The translations under genes were made by a program, and so were the position numbers. DNA of 64,000 nt from Bacillus subtilis subsp. subtilis str. 168 (lineage in GTDB: Bacteria > Bacillota > Bacilli > Bacillales > Bacillaceae). Where the stretch lies: contig NC_000964.3 in NCBI RefSeq assembly GCF_000009045.1, positions 2,046,001 through 2,110,000 on the forward strand, written 5' to 3'. Shown piece by piece: positions 54,580 through 64,000 of the stretch (position 1 is its first letter; each line of letters opens with the position of its first letter). The notes under the pieces are model-generated. The model worked only from the letters and a program-made list of their open reading frames with translations. It was not told the origin of the DNA and searched no databases.

Positions 54580-56067
54580 ATGAGTTCTTTAACGATGCAA
54601 GTGACGAAAAGGCTGGAGACATTTTTACAGGGAACAAAGAAGCTTTATATTGACGGAAAGTTTGTTCCGAGTGCCTCAGGGGCAACCTTTGACACTCCAA
54701 ACCCGGCGACCGGCGAAACCTTGATGACGCTGTATGAAGCCCAGGCTGCGGATGTGGACAAAGCTGTTAAAGCTGCCCGGAAAGCCTTTGACCAAGGTGA
54801 ATGGAGAACAATGTCTCCAGCTTCGAGAAGCAGACTGATGTATAAGCTGGCAGACTTAATGGAAGAGCATAAAACTGAGCTTGCTCAGCTTGAAACACTT
54901 GATAATGGGAAACCGATCAATGAAACGACTAATGGAGATATTCCGCTGGCTATTGAGCATATGCGCTATTACGCCGGCTGGTGTACAAAAATAACAGGAC
55001 AGACGATTCCGGTTTCCGGCGCTTATTTTAATTATACGCGTCATGAGCCTGTCGGTGTCGTCGGCCAGATCATTCCATGGAATTTCCCGCTCCTGATGGC
55101 GATGTGGAAAATGGGCGCGGCACTTGCAACAGGCTGTACAATCGTCCTCAAACCGGCTGAACAAACACCGCTTTCAGCTCTTTATTTGGCAGAATTAATT
55201 GACCAAGCCGGTTTCCCTGCCGGTGTAATCAACATCATCCCAGGATTCGGTGAAGATGCGGGAGAAGCGCTGACGAACCACGAAGCGGTTGATAAAATTG
55301 CCTTTACCGGTTCCACTGAAATCGGAAAGAAAATCATGTCCACCGCAGCGAAAAGCATTAAGCGTGTGACATTGGAGCTGGGCGGAAAATCGCCTAATAT
55401 TCTTCTGCCGGATGCGAATTTAAAAAAAGCCATCCCGGGCGCTTTAAACGGTGTGATGTTTAACCAGGGCCAAGTCTGCTGTGCGGGCTCACGTGTCTTC
55501 ATTCATAAAGACCAATATGATGAAGTTGTTGATGAAATGGCATCCTATGCTGAGTCACTCCGCCAAGGAGCGGGACTTCATAAAGATACTCAAATCGGGC
55601 CTCTCGTAAGCAAGGAACAGCATGAGCGCGTTCTTTCCTATATTCAAAAAGGAAAAGATGAAGGAGCAAAAGCAGTGACCGGCGGAAGCTGTCCTTTTGA
55701 AGCAGGATATTTTGTCGCACCGACTGTGTTTGCGAATGTTGAAGACGAAATGACCATCGCAAAAGAAGAAATTTTCGGACCCGTGCTGACTGCAATTCCG
55801 TACGAAACAGTCGATGAAGTTATTGAACGGGCAAACCATTCAGAATATGGGCTTGCAGCCGGACTATGGACAGAGAACGTCAAGCAGGCTCACTATATCG
55901 CGGACCGACTTCAAGCCGGAACCGTTTGGGTCAACTGCTATAATGTGTTTGACGCGGCGTCTCCATTTGGCGGTTATAAACAGTCAGGACTCGGACGAGA
56001 AATGGGATCATATGCCTTGGATAATTACACAGAAGTCAAAAGTGTATGGGTAAACCTTGAAGACTAA
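54580..56067 (+). CDS. dhaS: Aldehyde dehydrogenase
   Basis: PWNFP, FTGSTEIG, LELGGKSP, GQVCCAG and EEIFGP motifs. Terminator at 56078-56109. Confidence 0.96.
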   Translation: MSSLTMQVTKRLETFLQGTKKLYIDGKFVPSASGATFDTPNPATGETLMTLYEAQAADVDKAVKAARKAFDQGEWRTMSPASRSRLMYKLADLMEEHKTELAQLETLDNGKPINETTNGDIPLAIEHMRYYAGWCTKITGQTIPVSGAYFNYTRHEPVGVVGQIIPWNFPLLMAMWKMGAALATGCTIVLKPAEQTPLSALYLAELIDQAGFPAGVINIIPGFGEDAGEALTNHEAVDKIAFTGSTEIGKKIMSTAAKSIKRVTLELGGKSPNILLPDANLKKAIPGALNGVMFNQGQVCCAGSRVFIHKDQYDEVVDEMASYAESLRQGAGLHKDTQIGPLVSKEQHERVLSYIQKGKDEGAKAVTGGSCPFEAGYFVAPTVFANVEDEMTIAKEEIFGPVLTAIPYETVDEVIERANHSEYGLAAGLWTENVKQAHYIADRLQAGTVWVNCYNVFDAASPFGGYKQSGLGREMGSYALDNYTEVKSVWVNLED

Positions 56068-56167
56068 CATGTATGTTTAAAAAACTGCTGCCTGCCAGCA
56101 GTTTTTTTCTTTCTGTAATGGCAGTAAAAGACGCTGAATATATATGCTTCTGAAGGAGTTGAGCGTG

Positions 56168-58066
56168 ATGGGCACACTTCAGGAGAAAGTGAGGCGTTTT
56201 CAAAAGAAAACCATTACCGAGTTAAGAGACAGGCAAAATGCTGATGGTTCATGGACATTTTGCTTTGAAGGACCAATCATGACAAATTCCTTTTTTATTT
56301 TGCTCCTTACCTCACTAGATGAAGGCGAAAATGAAAAAGAACTGATATCATCCCTTGCAGCCGGCATTCATGCAAAACAGCAGCCAGACGGCACATTTAT
56401 CAACTATCCCGATGAAACGCGCGGAAATCTAACGGCTACCGTCCAAGGATATGTCGGGATGCTGGCTTCAGGATGTTTTCACAGAACTGAGCCGCACATG
56501 AAGAAAGCTGAACAATTTATCATCTCACATGGCGGTTTGAGACATGTTCATTTTATGACAAAATGGATGCTTGCCGCGAACGGGCTTTATCCTTGGCCTG
56601 CTTTGTATTTACCATTATCACTCATGGCGCTCCCCCCAACATTGCCGATTCATTTCTATCAGTTCAGCTCATATGCCCGTATTCATTTTGCTCCTATGGC
56701 TGTAACACTCAATCAGCGATTTGTCCTTATTAACCGCAATATTTCATCTCTTCACCATCTCGATCCGCACATGACAAAAAATCCTTTCACTTGGCTTCGG
56801 TCTGATGCTTTCGAAGAAAGAGATCTCACGTCTATTTTGTTACATTGGAAACGCGTTTTTCATGCACCATTTGCTTTTCAGCAGCTGGGCCTACAGACAG
56901 CTAAAACGTATATGCTGGACCGGATTGAAAAAGATGGAACATTATACAGCTATGCGAGCGCAACCATATATATGGTTTACAGCCTTCTGTCACTTGGTGT
57001 GTCACGCTATTCTCCTATTATCAGGAGGGCGATTACCGGCATTAAATCACTGGTGACTAAATGCAACGGGATTCCTTATCTGGAAAACTCTACTTCAACT
57101 GTTTGGGATACAGCTTTAATAAGCTATGCCCTTCAAAAAAATGGTGTGACCGAAACGGATGGCTCTGTTACAAAAGCAGCCGACTTTTTGCTAGAACGCC
57201 AGCATACCAAAATAGCAGATTGGTCTGTCAAAAATCCAAATTCAGTTCCTGGCGGCTGGGGGTTTTCAAACATTAATACAAATAACCCTGACTGTGACGA
57301 CACTACAGCCGTTTTAAAGGCGATTCCCCGCAATCATTCTCCTGCAGCATGGGAGCGGGGGGTATCTTGGCTTTTATCGATGCAAAACAATGACGGCGGA
57401 TTTTCTGCTTTCGAAAAAAATGTGAACCATCCACTGATCCGCCTTCTGCCGCTTGAATCCGCCGAGGACGCTGCAGTTGACCCTTCAACCGCCGACCTCA
57501 CCGGACGTGTACTGCACTTTTTAGGCGAGAAAGTTGGCTTCACAGAAAAACATCAACATATTCAACGCGCAGTGAAGTGGCTTTTCGAACATCAGGAACA
57601 AAATGGGTCTTGGTACGGCAGATGGGGTGTTTGCTACATTTACGGCACTTGGGCTGCTCTTACTGGTATGCATGCATGCGGGGTTGACCGAAAGCATCCC
57701 GGTATACAAAAGGCTCTGCGTTGGCTCAAATCCATACAAAATGATGACGGAAGCTGGGGAGAATCCTGCAAAAGCGCCGAAATCAAAACATATGTACCGC
57801 TTCATAGAGGAACCATTGTACAAACGGCCTGGGCTTTAGACGCTTTGCTCACATATGAAAATTCCGAACATCCGTCTGTTGTGAAAGGCATGCAATACCT
57901 TACCGACAGCAGTTCGCATAGCGCCGATAGCCTCGCGTATCCAGCAGGGATCGGATTGCCGAAGCAATTTTATATTCGCTATCACAGTTATCCATATGTA
58001 TTCTCTTTGCTGGCTGTCGGGAAGTATTTAGATTCTATTGAAAAGGAGACAGCAAATGAAACGTGA
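56168..58066 (+). CDS. sqhC: Squalene-hopene-cyclase-like sporulenol synthase
   Basis: PDCDDT catalytic motif and QW repeats (QNNDGGF, QEQNGSW, QNDDGSW). Confidence 0.95.
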   Translation: MGTLQEKVRRFQKKTITELRDRQNADGSWTFCFEGPIMTNSFFILLLTSLDEGENEKELISSLAAGIHAKQQPDGTFINYPDETRGNLTATVQGYVGMLASGCFHRTEPHMKKAEQFIISHGGLRHVHFMTKWMLAANGLYPWPALYLPLSLMALPPTLPIHFYQFSSYARIHFAPMAVTLNQRFVLINRNISSLHHLDPHMTKNPFTWLRSDAFEERDLTSILLHWKRVFHAPFAFQQLGLQTAKTYMLDRIEKDGTLYSYASATIYMVYSLLSLGVSRYSPIIRRAITGIKSLVTKCNGIPYLENSTSTVWDTALISYALQKNGVTETDGSVTKAADFLLERQHTKIADWSVKNPNSVPGGWGFSNINTNNPDCDDTTAVLKAIPRNHSPAAWERGVSWLLSMQNNDGGFSAFEKNVNHPLIRLLPLESAEDAAVDPSTADLTGRVLHFLGEKVGFTEKHQHIQRAVKWLFEHQEQNGSWYGRWGVCYIYGTWAALTGMHACGVDRKHPGIQKALRWLKSIQNDDGSWGESCKSAEIKTYVPLHRGTIVQTAWALDALLTYENSEHPSVVKGMQYLTDSSSHSADSLAYPAGIGLPKQFYIRYHSYPYVFSLLAVGKYLDSIEKETANET

Positions 58067-58901
58067 ATCTTATCAAGCGGAGATGTTCAATTGGTGTGAA
58101 GCCCTGAAAGATCAGATTCAAAAGCGAGGTCAGCTTGACCAGTTTGAAGATCAAATCGACAAGATGATTGAGGCTCTGGAAGATGACCAAACAACAGAAG
58201 AAGATTGGTATAAACAGGCCGCTGCCCTTTATCGGGATATTACAGAATCAGATGATACAAGTGAAAGACGCGCTTATGTCCCTATAGGGAAACACGTGCT
58301 GCCAAAGCTTCCTTACAAATACTCCGCCTTAGAACCTTATATATCACGCGATATTATGATCCTTCATCATACAAAACATCATCAAAGCTATGTCGATGGC
58401 CTGAACAAAGCAGAATCAGAGCTTAAAAAAGCGAGAGCGACAAAGAATTATGACTTAATCACTCATTGGGAAAGAGAGCTTGCGTTCCATGGAGCAGGCC
58501 ATTATTTGCATAGTATTTTTTGGTTTTCTATGCATCCAAACGGAAAACGGCGTCCTACAGGGGCATTGTTCCAAATGATAGACCTTTCATTTGGAAGCTA
58601 TTCCGCTTTTAAAGAACATTTTACCCAGGCCTCTAAAAAAGTGGAAGGCGTCGGCTGGGCCATTCTGGTCTGGGCACCTCGATCAGGACGGCTGGAGATT
58701 TTAACGGCAGAAAAACACCAGCTCTTTAGCCAATGGGATGTGATCCCCCTTTTACCGCTTGACGTATGGGAGCATGCCTACTATTTGCAATACAAAAATG
58801 ACCGGGCCAGCTATGTCGATCACTGGTGGAATGTCGTGGATTGGCGCGAGGCTGAAAAACGTTTTGAGCAGGCAAAAGAAGTCGTTTGGAAGCTCTATTA
58901 A
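58056..58901 (+). CDS. sodF: Fe/Mn superoxide dismutase with N-terminal extension
   Basis: HHTKHHQSY, HYLHSIFW and DVWEHAY ligands. Overlaps the sqhC end. Confidence 0.95.
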   Translation: MKRESYQAEMFNWCEALKDQIQKRGQLDQFEDQIDKMIEALEDDQTTEEDWYKQAAALYRDITESDDTSERRAYVPIGKHVLPKLPYKYSALEPYISRDIMILHHTKHHQSYVDGLNKAESELKKARATKNYDLITHWERELAFHGAGHYLHSIFWFSMHPNGKRRPTGALFQMIDLSFGSYSAFKEHFTQASKKVEGVGWAILVWAPRSGRLEILTAEKHQLFSQWDVIPLLPLDVWEHAYYLQYKNDRASYVDHWWNVVDWREAEKRFEQAKEVVWKLY

Positions 58902-58933
58902 AAAAAGCCCCCTTTCCTCGGGGGCTTCGTGTG

Positions 58934-60271
58934 TTAAAAAATACCTATCACATGCAAAAACACGATGATGATGGCAACAGGAGATAGATATCGAATGAGC
59001 AGCAGCCAAACCGCAAACCACTTTCGTTTGAGATTGGAACCGCTTTTCAGCTCGTCAAACAAATCCTGTTTCGGTATTTTTAGCGGAACAAAAATCGAAA
59101 TCAGTAACGCACCTAACGGCATTAAAATATTGCTCACAAGATAGTCAGCCGCATCAAAAATAGACAGATGAAATATAGTGACGTCACTTAAGACACCGTA
59201 TGATAATGCAGACGGCACACCGACAATAAAAATAGCAATACCGCCTAACCAAGCGAATCGTTTTCTCTTATTGATATCGCCTTTCGACAGTACTGCGACC
59301 AAAATTTCCAGCATTGAAAAAGCAGATGTCAATGCAGCAAATAAAAATAGAAGTAAAAATGCTAATAAAAAGATAATTCCGAACGGCATTTGATTAAACA
59401 CAGTCGGCAGAACGTTAAATAACAGAACCGGGCCTTGGTCTGGCTTGAGGCCGAATGAAAATACAGCTGGAAAAATCGCAATTCCGGCCATTACAGCAAC
59501 AAGCATGTTCATAACAGTTACAGATACAGCGGACTGTACCAGATTTTCCTGTTTCTCTAAATAAGCGCTATACGTTACCATGACAGATACACCGACACTT
59601 AATAAGAAAAAGGATTGTCCCATTGCATATAAAATGGTATTGGCATCAATTGCAGTTAAATCAGGCATGAGGAAAAATTTGATTCCTTCCATCGCGCCAT
59701 CAAGTGTAACCGAACGCACCATTAAAATGATGAATAATAGAAAAAGCGCCGGCATTAATACTTGGCTTGCTTTTTCAATTCCGCTGCTTACCCCTTTTGC
59801 AACAACTAAAATTGTTACCACCATAAAGAGCAGCTGGCCTCCTACAGCCAAATAAGGATTTGAAATGGTACTTGCAAATATCGTATCAAAACCAGATGTT
59901 TGCGATAAACCGCCAGTGAAGCCTTTTATAATATAAATTAAAATCCATCCGCCTACGACACTGTAGAAAGATAGAAGAATAAAGCACGTCACCATGCCTA
60001 AATAACCGATCCAATGCCACTTCGTTCCTGGAGCAAGTGTTTTATAGGACTGAACGGCATCTTTCTGTGTTCTTCTGCCTATGATGAATTCACCTAACAA
60101 TAAAGGCAGTCCGATTAAAACCGTAAATAAAATAAAAATAAGTAAAAATGCGCCTCCTCCGCTGGTTCCGGCAACATATGGGAATTTCCATATCGCACCA
60201 AGCCCGATAGCTGATCCTGCCGCGGCTAAAATAAAGCCGAGCTTCGAAGACCATTGATTTGCTTCCTTCAC
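58934..60271 (-). CDS. yocR: SNF/NSS sodium-dependent transporter
   Basis: [26 protein letters not shown] signature. Confidence 0.95.
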
Positions 60272-60489
60272 CGTATCACTCCTATTTGATCTAACCATTA
60301 TAAAGGTTCATTGTAAGAATATCTTCCTATATAGTCAAGAACATTTTAATTAGTTTACATCATATATCTATAGACATCTGCCAAAAACTAATATTGAATT
60401 ATTCAGAAAATTATTTATAATAAGAGAATGTTATGAAATTTGTAAGAATTTCTGCTGAAGTTCTTGATAAGTGTGTTAGGAGTGTTTTT

Positions 60490-61455
60490 ATGGACATCAT
60501 TAGAAAAATAAGCCATTTTGCAGGACAAACCTTTGGCATATGGGTCATTGTTTTTGCAGTGCTGGGATTTTCTTTCCCATCTTTATTTACGTGGATCAGT
60601 TCTTATATTACGATTTTTCTCGGCATTATCATGTTTGGGATGGGCCTTACACTGCAAGCCGATGATTTCAAAGAGCTGGTCAGAAAGCCTTGGCAAGTTA
60701 TTATTGGAGTAATAGCTCAGTATACGATCATGCCGCTCGTTGCTTTCGGCCTCGCATTTGGGCTTCATCTTCCAGCTGAAATCGCAGTTGGTGTTATTCT
60801 TGTCGGCTGCTGTCCCGGGGGAACTGCATCTAATGTTATGACATTCTTAGCAAAAGGAAATACTGCCCTTTCTGTTGCGGTTACGACAATTTCTACCTTA
60901 TTGGCACCTGTTGTAACACCGTTGTTGATTATGCTGTTTGCCAAAGAATGGCTTCCTGTCTCGCCGGGGTCTTTGTTTATCTCAATCTTACAGGCGGTTT
61001 TATTTCCGATCATTGCAGGTCTGATTGTCAAAATGTTTTTCAGAAAACAAGTGGCAAAAGCCGTACATGCCCTTCCGCTTGTTTCTGTCATTGGCATCGT
61101 TGCGATTGTCTCAGCTGTCGTCAGCGGCAATCGGGAAAATCTGCTTCAATCGGGGTTGCTCATTTTTTCAGTTGTTATCCTGCATAACGGTATCGGTTAT
61201 TTACTGGGGTTTCTTTGTGCAAAGCTTTTAAAAATGGATTACCCGTCTCAAAAAGCGATTGCAATCGAAGTCGGCATGCAAAACTCCGGGCTTGGGGCTG
61301 CACTTGCCACGGCTCATTTCTCACCGCTATCTGCCGTACCAAGCGCAATATTCAGTGTGTGGCATAACCTTTCAGGTTCTATGCTTGCAACATATTGGTC
61401 AAAAAAAGTGAAAAAGAAGCAAGCTGGATCCAAAAGCAGCAATCTATCACTTTAA
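60490..61455 (+). CDS. yocS: BASS bile acid:sodium symporter family
   Basis: IMFGMG, GCCPGGTASNV and IEVGMQNSGL motifs. Confidence 0.95.
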   Translation: MDIIRKISHFAGQTFGIWVIVFAVLGFSFPSLFTWISSYITIFLGIIMFGMGLTLQADDFKELVRKPWQVIIGVIAQYTIMPLVAFGLAFGLHLPAEIAVGVILVGCCPGGTASNVMTFLAKGNTALSVAVTTISTLLAPVVTPLLIMLFAKEWLPVSPGSLFISILQAVLFPIIAGLIVKMFFRKQVAKAVHALPLVSVIGIVAIVSAVVSGNRENLLQSGLLIFSVVILHNGIGYLLGFLCAKLLKMDYPSQKAIAIEVGMQNSGLGAALATAHFSPLSAVPSAIFSVWHNLSGSMLATYWSKKVKKKQAGSKSSNLSL

Positions 61456-61464
61456 ATATGCATC

Positions 61465-61502
61465 AAAAAGGGTACATCACTTTATCGTGATGTACCCTTT
61501 TT
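61465..61502. terminator. Bidirectional terminator between yocS and odhB
   Basis: AAAAAGGGTACATCAC/GTGATGTACCCTTTTT. Confidence 0.85.
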
Positions 61503-61504
61503 TA

Positions 61505-62758
61505 TTATCCTTCTAATAAAAGCTGTTCAGGATCTTCCAGTAAATTTTTGATTGTCACGAGGAAACCAACCGCTTCTTTACCGTCTACAATTCGGTGATC
61601 ATAAGATAAAGCGATATACATCATCGGACGGTTTTCGAAACGCTCTTCATCAATGGCTACAGGGCGCAGCTGAATCTTATGCATGCCCAGTATACCGACT
61701 TGCGGGCTGTTTAAAATTGGAGTTGACATCAATGAACCGAAAGTCCCTCCGTTTGTAATCGTGAAGGAGCCTCCCTGAAGCTCGCTAAGGGTTAATTTAT
61801 TGTTTCTTGCTTTTTTCGCAAGCTCGCCGATCTCTTTTTCGATTCCTGCAAATGTCAGGCGATCCGCATCCCGTACAACCGGAACGACAAGACCTTCATC
61901 AGCAGCAACAGCGATTCCGATATCGTAGAATTTTTTAACGATCAACTCATCGCCTTGAATTTCTGCATTCAACAGCGGATATTTTTTCAATGCAGCCACG
62001 ACCGCTTTCGTGAAGAAAGACATAAAGCCGAGCTTCACTTCATTTTGCTCAAAAAATTGATCTTTGCGGCGTTTTCTGAGATTCATGACAGCCGTCATGT
62101 CCACTTCATTAAATGTAGTCAGCATCGCTGATGTTTGCTGTACCTCTACAAGGCGTTTTGCAATCGTTTGTCTGCGGCGTGACATTTTTTGCACTTCAAC
62201 AGGTTTGTCAAAGCTTTGCTGTGCTTTTTGAGCCTGAGGCTGCTGCTTTTGCTGAGGAGCCGGTTTTGATGCCGGTTTTTCGTACGCTTCGACATCCTGC
62301 TTGCGCACTCTTCCAAGCGGATCTCCAGTTGGAACTTGAGACAGGTCAATTCCTTTTTCTCTCGCAAGCTTACGGGCCGACGGAGAAGCGATCGTTCTTG
62401 ATTTTGCTTCAGATTGTGCTTCCTCGCTCACCTCTTGTGCAGCTGGTTCAGCCTGTTTCTCTTCTTTTACGCTTTCCTTGCTTTCTGTTTTCTCTGTAGG
62501 AGCAGGGGCAGAACTTTCACCCGCGCCTTCTGAAATCGTACCGATAATTTCTCCGACCTGGACGGTATCACCCGAATCTTTCAATACCTCTTGAAGTACA
62601 CCCGATTCTTCTGCTGTCAATTCAACATTCACTTTATCCGTTTCTAGTTCAAGCAGATATTCACCCTGTTCTACATAGTCACCAGGCTGCTTTAACCATT
62701 GGGCTATTGTTCCTTCTGAGATTGATTCTGCTAATTCAGGTACCTTAATTTCCGCCAT
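61505..62758 (-). CDS. odhB: 2-oxoglutarate dehydrogenase E2
   Basis: Lipoyl ETDKV, E3-binding ASPSARK and catalytic DHRIVDG motifs. Confidence 0.98.
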   Translation of the reverse strand: MAEIKVPELAESISEGTIAQWLKQPGDYVEQGEYLLELETDKVNVELTAEESGVLQEVLKDSGDTVQVGEIIGTISEGAGESSAPAPTEKTESKESVKEEKQAEPAAQEVSEEAQSEAKSRTIASPSARKLAREKGIDLSQVPTGDPLGRVRKQDVEAYEKPASKPAPQQKQQPQAQKAQQSFDKPVEVQKMSRRRQTIAKRLVEVQQTSAMLTTFNEVDMTAVMNLRKRRKDQFFEQNEVKLGFMSFFTKAVVAALKKYPLLNAEIQGDELIVKKFYDIGIAVAADEGLVVPVVRDADRLTFAGIEKEIGELAKKARNNKLTLSELQGGSFTITNGGTFGSLMSTPILNSPQVGILGMHKIQLRPVAIDEERFENRPMMYIALSYDHRIVDGKEAVGFLVTIKNLLEDPEQLLLEG

Positions 62759-62773
62759 TTTTTCATTTCCCCC

Positions 62774-64000
62774 TTAGTTTTTGCGAGTCAAGCTATCAGA
62801 TACAATACGTTCCTGTTCTTTTTTATGAACTGTCGGATCTCCCTCTGCAGGGCTGGATCGTCTTCTTCGTCCAATATATTGAACGCTTACTCCCTCTGGT
62901 GCAATCTCTGTCAAATACGGGCTGATATAACCCCAAGCCCCCATGTTCTGCGGCTCTTCCTGCACCCAAACGATTTCTTTCAGGTTCGGAAGTTTTGCAA
63001 ATAATTCTTTGACTCCTTTTGCCGGGAATGGATACAGCTGTTCGATTCTCGCAATGTGAAGCCACTCTTTACCGTCTTCTAACTTATTAAAATGATCGCT
63101 AATGTCTATAGACACTTTACCGCTGGATAATACAAGTCTGGTTACTTTTTCATAGTCATGAGAAAGTCCCGACTGTTCATAAACAGGCTGGAAGCGGCTT
63201 TCGCTGAGCTCCTGCACTTCCGACACCGTATTTGGGTTGCGAAGAAGGCTCTTCGGCGTCATAATGACGAGCGGTCTGATTTCTTCACGAAGCAGCATTT
63301 TAGCCTGTCTTCTTAAAATATGGAAATACTGTGCCGCGCTTGTCAGGTTGGCAACCGTCCAGTTGTTTTCCGCTGCAAGCTGCAGGAATCGCTCAATTCT
63401 TCCGCTTGAGTGCTCAGGCCCCTGTCCCTCGTAACCGTGCGGGAGCAGCATGACTAATCCGGATTTTTGGCCCCATTTCGCGCGTCCGGCAGAAATAAAT
63501 TGGTCAAAATACACTTGAGCAGCGTTGGCAAAATCTCCGTACTGTGCTTCCCACAAAACAAGCGTTTCCGGTGAATGCACGTTATAGCCGTATTCAAAAC
63601 CGAGAACCGATCCTTCAGACAGCGGGCTGTTATGAACAGCAAATGATGTGCTGCAGTCAGATAAGTGATGAAGCGGCACAAATTCTTTGCCCGTCTCACT
63701 GTCATGAAGCACAAGGTTTCTTTGGGCGAACGTTCCGCGCTCGGAATCCTGTCCTGTTAAACGAATCGGTGTTCCGTCTTTCAAAATTGAAGCAAACGCG
63801 AGTGATTCTGCCAAAGACCATTCCACTTTTCTGTCATCATCGAACGCCTTGGCGCGTCTTTCTAAAATGCGCTTTAGCTTGCCGAAAACATTAAATGACT
63901 CCGGCCAGTTGATCAATTCGCCATTCAGCTTGCGGAGCACATCAAAATCAATCGAAGTGTCCACATCTGGGAAACCGTTTGATACAGGCTCTGGAAGTTC
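62774..64000 (-). CDS. odhA: 2-oxoglutarate dehydrogenase E1, 5' part outside window
   Basis: [40 protein letters not shown] and [10 protein letters not shown] motifs. Confidence 0.97.
   Translation of the reverse strand, partial: ELPEPVSNGFPDVDTSIDFDVLRKLNGELINWPESFNVFGKLKRILERRAKAFDDDRKVEWSLAESLAFASILKDGTPIRLTGQDSERGTFAQRNLVLHDSETGKEFVPLHHLSDCSTSFAVHNSPLSEGSVLGFEYGYNVHSPETLVLWEAQYGDFANAAQVYFDQFISAGRAKWGQKSGLVMLLPHGYEGQGPEHSSGRIERFLQLAAENNWTVANLTSAAQYFHILRRQAKMLLREEIRPLVIMTPKSLLRNPNTVSEVQELSESRFQPVYEQSGLSHDYEKVTRLVLSSGKVSIDISDHFNKLEDGKEWLHIARIEQLYPFPAKGVKELFAKLPNLKEIVWVQEEPQNMGAWGYISPYLTEIAPEGVSVQYIGRRRRSSPAEGDPTVHKKEQERIVSDSLTRKN

Noticed and set aside
54856-55883. Several 79-106 aa minus-strand ORFs
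   Set aside because: Antisense shadows of dhaS.

Overview
Low-GC Firmicute chromosome that I recognise from gene content and order as the Bacillus subtilis 168 yoaV-odhA interval (about 2.046-2.110 Mb; from recall, no search run). The left half (about 3.9-32.7 kb) is the AT-rich, decayed SPbeta-like prophage remnant usually called P6. It mixes pseudogenes (ligase, holin, YolD/UvrX, a toxin tip) with intact cargo: rifamycin phosphotransferase pps, xynA, rapK-phrK, KAP NTPase yobI, bsrE/SR5, LXG toxin yobL-yobK, and tailspike-like yobO. The right half is ordinary chromosome: csaA, yobQ-W, czrA, des-desKR, yocH, recQ, 6S-2 RNA, azoR1, sporulation/stress genes, dhaS, sqhC-sodF and odhAB. The strongest unexplained signal is a pair of near-perfect sigma-A promoters facing each other about 40 bp apart in the pps leader, consistent with transcription-interference sensing of rifampicin. 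No CRISPR, tRNA, rRNA, integrase or transposase was seen. Start codons were adjusted by eye using RBS position.
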